Made by a program: the position numbers and the translations under genes. From an uncultured Ruminococcus sp. (GTDB taxonomy: Bacteria > Bacillota > Clostridia > Oscillospirales > Ruminococcaceae), in assembly GCA_947624255.1 (NCBI GenBank), contig CANQJO010000003.1, positions 32,852 to 96,851 of the forward strand: a stretch of 64,000 nt of DNA, written 5' to 3'. This document shows, piece after piece, positions 60,117 to 64,000 of this stretch. Each line of letters opens with the position of its first letter. Position 1 is the first letter of the stretch. The notes below the pieces were generated by a model that was not told the DNA's origin, made no database searches, and saw only the letters and a program-made list of their open reading frames with translations.

Positions 60117-61702
60117 ATGCTGCACTTTTCATATATGTCGCTGTCGCCCTTGTGGGAATATTATTTTTCGCTCTGAGAGAGATCCATATGCTCCAGCTCA
60201 ACGGCTATAAAACACCTGAGCACCTGCGGTGGATGAAAAAAAATTTCAGAAGATATATTTTTCCGATCGTGCTTTTTGCCGGACAGTTTATCATGATCGC
60301 AAATGCAGCGTTTATTATCCCTTTTGCGGTCTTTAACGCAGCGTTCGCTGTTATCTTCAAGCCGTCAAAGAAATTCAAAAAGCCGCTGAAATATACCGCA
60401 AGAGTAAAAAGAATGACAGCGACTTTCTTTATCCTGACAGCTATAATATTTGCGGCTGCTTTCTTTGTCGATACTCTCCCATGCAGAAGTAACGAATGGA
60501 AGCCTTTACGTCACATAATGCCGTTCATTCTGACAGGATCTGCATTATATCTCACGCCTGTACTCGTTCCGCTGTCGAATCTCATAAATAAGCCGATAGA
60601 AAAATCTATCCAAAGATGGTATATAAACGATGCTGAGCGCATACTCCGTGAAATGCCCGATCTCCGCAAGGTAGGCATAACCGGAAGCTATGGAAAAACA
60701 TCTATGAAGTTTTACCTCAGCGAGCTTTTAAGCTCACAGTATGACACGCTGAAAACTCCGGAAAGCTTTAACACGCCTATGGGAGTGACTATCACTATCC
60801 GCACAAAGCTGCGCCCCACCAATGAGTATTTCATCTGCGAAATGGGCGCAAGAAGAGTTAAAGAAATAGATGAGCTTTGCCGTATAGTCGAGCCTCATGA
60901 CGGTATCATAACTTCGGTAGGTCCGCAGCATCTTGAGACATTCAAAAGCATTGAGAATGTAGTCTCCACAAAATTTGAGCTTGCCGACCGGGTGCAGTCT
61001 CACGGCGGAAAACTCTACCTCAACGGCGATAATGAACTTATCAGAAAAAAAGCTCCCGAATATAAAAACGCTATCCTCTACGGAACGTCAGAGGGTTGCG
61101 ATTATCGGGCAAGTGATATAACCGTTTCCGGAACGGGAACGGAATTTACCGTGACGGCTCCCGGCGGTGAGAGCTGCCGCTATTCGATGAAACTCCTCGG
61201 CGAACACAGCGTACTGAACATTCTCGGAGCAATAGCCTACTGTCACGGAACGGGTATTCCTTTAGAGAAACTCGTGCTGCCCGTCAGGAGGATCGCTCCT
61301 GTTCCGCACAGATTGCAGCTTCTTGACAAGGGAGGAGATGTGACATTCATAGATGATGCTTATAACTCCAATCCGAGCGGCTGCCGTGCGGCACTAAAAG
61401 TGCTGGAGCTTTTCGATGCGTGTAAGATACTCGTAACTCCCGGAATGGTGGAGCTTGGCGCAAAACAGGAGGAGCTTAACAAAGAATTCGGCACAGAGGC
61501 AGCGGCTGTATGCGATTATATTATCCTTGTGGGAAAAACTCAGACCGAGCCGATATATGCCGGAATTTCAGATGCCGGATTCAATATGGATAAGGTTTTT
61601 GTGACTGATTCGCTGAGCGATGCGCTCTCAAAAATACAGAGCTGCAAAACCGACAAGAAAAAGATCGTCCTTCTTGAAAACGATCTGCCTGACAATTATT
61701 AA
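60113..61702 (+). CDS. murF: MurF-family Mur ligase with N-terminal membrane domain
   Basis: VGITGSYGKT, SFNTPMG, EMGA, DDAYNSNP, LENDLPD; about four N-terminal TM helices. Confidence 0.85.
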   Translation: MNAALFIYVAVALVGILFFALREIHMLQLNGYKTPEHLRWMKKNFRRYIFPIVLFAGQFIMIANAAFIIPFAVFNAAFAVIFKPSKKFKKPLKYTARVKRMTATFFILTAIIFAAAFFVDTLPCRSNEWKPLRHIMPFILTGSALYLTPVLVPLSNLINKPIEKSIQRWYINDAERILREMPDLRKVGITGSYGKTSMKFYLSELLSSQYDTLKTPESFNTPMGVTITIRTKLRPTNEYFICEMGARRVKEIDELCRIVEPHDGIITSVGPQHLETFKSIENVVSTKFELADRVQSHGGKLYLNGDNELIRKKAPEYKNAILYGTSEGCDYRASDITVSGTGTEFTVTAPGGESCRYSMKLLGEHSVLNILGAIAYCHGTGIPLEKLVLPVRRIAPVPHRLQLLDKGGDVTFIDDAYNSNPSGCRAALKVLELFDACKILVTPGMVELGAKQEELNKEFGTEAAAVCDYIILVGKTQTEPIYAGISDAGFNMDKVFVTDSLSDALSKIQSCKTDKKKIVLLENDLPDNY

Positions 61703-61723
61703 AATTATGGGAGGTATCTTACC

Positions 61724-62920
61724 ATGAAAATAAATCTTGCTGTCCTCTTCGGAGGAAAAAGCGTGGAGCATGAGGTCTCTGTCATTTCGGCGGTTCAGGC
61801 TATGGCTTCAATGAATAAGGAGAAATACAACATCATTCCCGTGTATATGACAAAGGGAAATGAATTCTACACCGGCGAAAAGCTGTTTGATATAAACGCT
61901 TTTAAGGATATCCCCGCTCTCCTTTCGGAATGTACCGAGTGCGTTTTTGTCCGCAGTGAGGGAAAAGTCCGGCTTATCCGCCGGAAAATGAAAAAATTCG
62001 GCAGCAATCTTATCTCCGATGTAGATGCAGCATTTCCCATAGTTCACGGCACAAATGTTGAGGACGGTGCGCTTCAGGGATACCTCCAGACGCTTGATCT
62101 GCCTTACGTCGGCTGTGATGTGCTTTCATCGGCGGTCGGAATGGATAAGTATGTCATGAAAATACTGCTGAAAGAGGCAGGTTTTCCTGTGCTTGACTGC
62201 TGCCGTTTCTCATCGTTCGAGATAACCGATCCGGAAAAATGTGCCGCAAGGGTAGAGGAGCGTTTTCCCTATCCCGTTATCGTAAAGCCGATAAATCTCG
62301 GTTCAAGCGTTGGTATCTCACGTGCCGATGACCGTGACTCGCTGATACGCTCAATGGAGGACGCTTTTTCTTTTTCAGACCGGATCCTTGTAGAGCCTGC
62401 CGTTGTGGAGCTTAAAGAGGTAAACTGCTCTGTGGTCGGCGACAGCGAGGAGGCTGAGGCTTCCGTCTGTGAAGAACCTGTACAGGCAAAGGGAGAGGAA
62501 ATACTCAGCTATGAGCAGAAATACACAGGCGGCGGAAAATCCTCCGGCGGCAGCAAGGGAATGGCTTCACTTAAACGGAAGATCCCGGCGGATATCACTC
62601 CTCAGCAGGAGGAATACATCAGGAAAATTGCCGTTGATGCGTTTAAGTATCTGGGCTGCGGAGGCGTTACACGTATTGATTTTATGATAGATACGGCATC
62701 TGACAAGATCTACATAAACGAGATAAATACCATTCCCGGCTCGCTCGCCTTTTACCTCTGGGAACCAAAGGGCGTTAAGTACAGCGAACTCCTTGAACGT
62801 ATGATACAGCTTGCATTGAAACGCTACAGACAGCGTGAAAAGATAAATTACTCGTTCGATACGAATATACTCGCTATGGGAGGAAGCTTCGGAGCAAAAG
62901 GAAGTAAGCTCAACAAGTGA
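61724..62920 (+). CDS. ddl: D-alanine--D-alanine ligase
   Basis: LFGGKSVEHEVSVISA, VHGTNVEDG, MDKYVMK, VKPINLGSSVG, LSYEQKY, RIDF, NEINTIPGS. Confidence 0.92.
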   Translation: MKINLAVLFGGKSVEHEVSVISAVQAMASMNKEKYNIIPVYMTKGNEFYTGEKLFDINAFKDIPALLSECTECVFVRSEGKVRLIRRKMKKFGSNLISDVDAAFPIVHGTNVEDGALQGYLQTLDLPYVGCDVLSSAVGMDKYVMKILLKEAGFPVLDCCRFSSFEITDPEKCAARVEERFPYPVIVKPINLGSSVGISRADDRDSLIRSMEDAFSFSDRILVEPAVVELKEVNCSVVGDSEEAEASVCEEPVQAKGEEILSYEQKYTGGGKSSGGSKGMASLKRKIPADITPQQEEYIRKIAVDAFKYLGCGGVTRIDFMIDTASDKIYINEINTIPGSLAFYLWEPKGVKYSELLERMIQLALKRYRQREKINYSFDTNILAMGGSFGAKGSKLNK

Positions 62921-62960
62921 CACCGTGAAATTCTTGAACTTTCAGGAAAGGGGAATTAAA

Positions 62961-63764
62961 ATGACTGAAAAGGAAAAACAACAGGCAGGTGAACTGTATA
63001 ACGCCAACGATCCCGAACTCGTCGCTGAGCGTGTGGCTGCGAAAAAGCTGTGCATGGAGTACAATCAGATAACGTATAACGATTATCAGAAAAAAGAACG
63101 CCTCCTTGACCGGCTTGTCGCTCTCAGAGGTGAAAATACGTGGATAGATCCCGATTTCTACTGCGACTACGGCTACAATATCATCATCGGAGATAACTTC
63201 TACGCCAACCATAACTGCGTTATCCTCGACTGCGCAGAGGTCGTATTCGGAAACGACATCTTTATTGGTCCGAACTGCGGTTTCTATGCGGCAGGTCATC
63301 CCATTGACTTCGAGGTACGCAACCGGGGGCTTGAATATGCAAAGCCGATAAAGGTCGGAAATAATGTGTGGTTCGGCGGAAATGTCTGTGTGCTTCCGGG
63401 CGTGACTATCGGTGATAATGTTGTCATAGGCGGAGGAAGCGTTGTTGTGAACGATATCCCCTCCGGCGTTGTTGCTGTGGGAAATCCCTGCCGTCCTATA
63501 CGTAATATAGACGAGAGAGATAAGATCACCATTGATGCCGAAACTCCTGCGGAGGATACTTCAAAGCCGGAAAATACCGAACCTCCGAAACCAAAAGGGA
63601 CAAAGGCGGTTACGGAAACTCCCAAGGCTGAGGAGACTGCAAAAGCAGAGAAATCTCCCAAAGCAAACAGGACTATCGGGATAAAGGAGGTATCCGTAAA
63701 GGGCGCAGTGAGCAACAGTCAAAGGCTATCCTCCGAAAAAAATGAAAAGAAAAAACACAGATAG
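62961..63764 (+). CDS. Maltose/galactoside O-acetyltransferase family protein with low-complexity C-terminal tail
   Basis: CDYGYNI.IGDNFYAN, hexapeptide repeats, VWFGGNV.VLPGVTIG, AVGNPCR. Confidence 0.9.
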   Translation: MTEKEKQQAGELYNANDPELVAERVAAKKLCMEYNQITYNDYQKKERLLDRLVALRGENTWIDPDFYCDYGYNIIIGDNFYANHNCVILDCAEVVFGNDIFIGPNCGFYAAGHPIDFEVRNRGLEYAKPIKVGNNVWFGGNVCVLPGVTIGDNVVIGGGSVVVNDIPSGVVAVGNPCRPIRNIDERDKITIDAETPAEDTSKPENTEPPKPKGTKAVTETPKAEETAKAEKSPKANRTIGIKEVSVKGAVSNSQRLSSEKNEKKKHR

Positions 63765-63778
63765 GAAGGTTTGTTAAA

Positions 63779-64000
63779 ATGTTTGAAATTCTTGAAAAGA
63801 AAGTCCTCAATCCGACCGTAACACTTATGAGGATAAACGCTCCCCGTGTGGCTAAAAAGGCTGAGCCGGGACAGTTCATAATCCTGCGTACCGACAGTGA
63901 GGGTGAAAGAATTCCCCTGACTATAGCCGATTATGACAGGGAAAAAGGTCAGGTGACAATAATTTTTCAGATCGTGGGAGCTTCCACCGAAAAACTGAAT
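63779..64000 (+). CDS. nfnA: NfnA-type ferredoxin:NADP+ reductase small subunit (5' part, truncated; not in ORF track)
   Basis: Manual translation MFEILEKKVLNPTVTLMRINAPRVAKKAEPGQFIILRTDSEGERIPLTIADYD..VTIIFQIVGAST. Confidence 0.85.
   Translation, partial: MFEILEKKVLNPTVTLMRINAPRVAKKAEPGQFIILRTDSEGERIPLTIADYDREKGQVTIIFQIVGASTEKLN

Noticed and set aside
61724-62920. Van-type D-Ala-D-Lac resistance ligase
   Set aside because: Tyr is retained in the SYEQKY loop, and no vanH/vanX/vanRS neighbours are present.

Overview
Core-genome window of a sporulating, cellulosome-producing rumen/gut clostridium. A Ruminococcus-like identity is inferred from dockerin-bearing xylan enzymes, sporulation genes and GS-III. 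No prophage, transposase or CRISPR array was seen. Left to right: proS (partial, missed by the ORF track), yabR-like S1/divIC/yabQ/yabP, GS-III; five tandem lipoproteins; a CorC/HlyC gene; thyX-DJ1-5-FCL-mltG-U32; nfo and a cyclophilin; a divergent pair of dockerin enzymes; an intron-split tRNA-Leu(UAA); glyQS; a 7-gene sugar ABC/NHL-Yip1/DUF5696 cluster; spoVAD/E; nrdR; msmX; ldh-hydF-orphan mazF; a Ca-type P-ATPase; a GDP-D-rhamnose glycan cluster; hydrolase-murF-ddl; nfnA (partial). The best unexplained signals are non-coding. (1) A 403-nt group I intron sits at the anticodon of tRNA-Leu(UAA), and its predicted L1 loop is filled by a structured repeat. (2) That repeat family occurs four times in the window, always sense to local transcription. 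(3) A dense DnaA-box cluster lies upstream of ldh with no dnaA nearby. (4) A 19-bp-identical palindrome occurs at two loci. One lipoprotein also appears to carry a circularly permuted cohesin-like domain. All assignments come from manual motif reading; no database searches were run.
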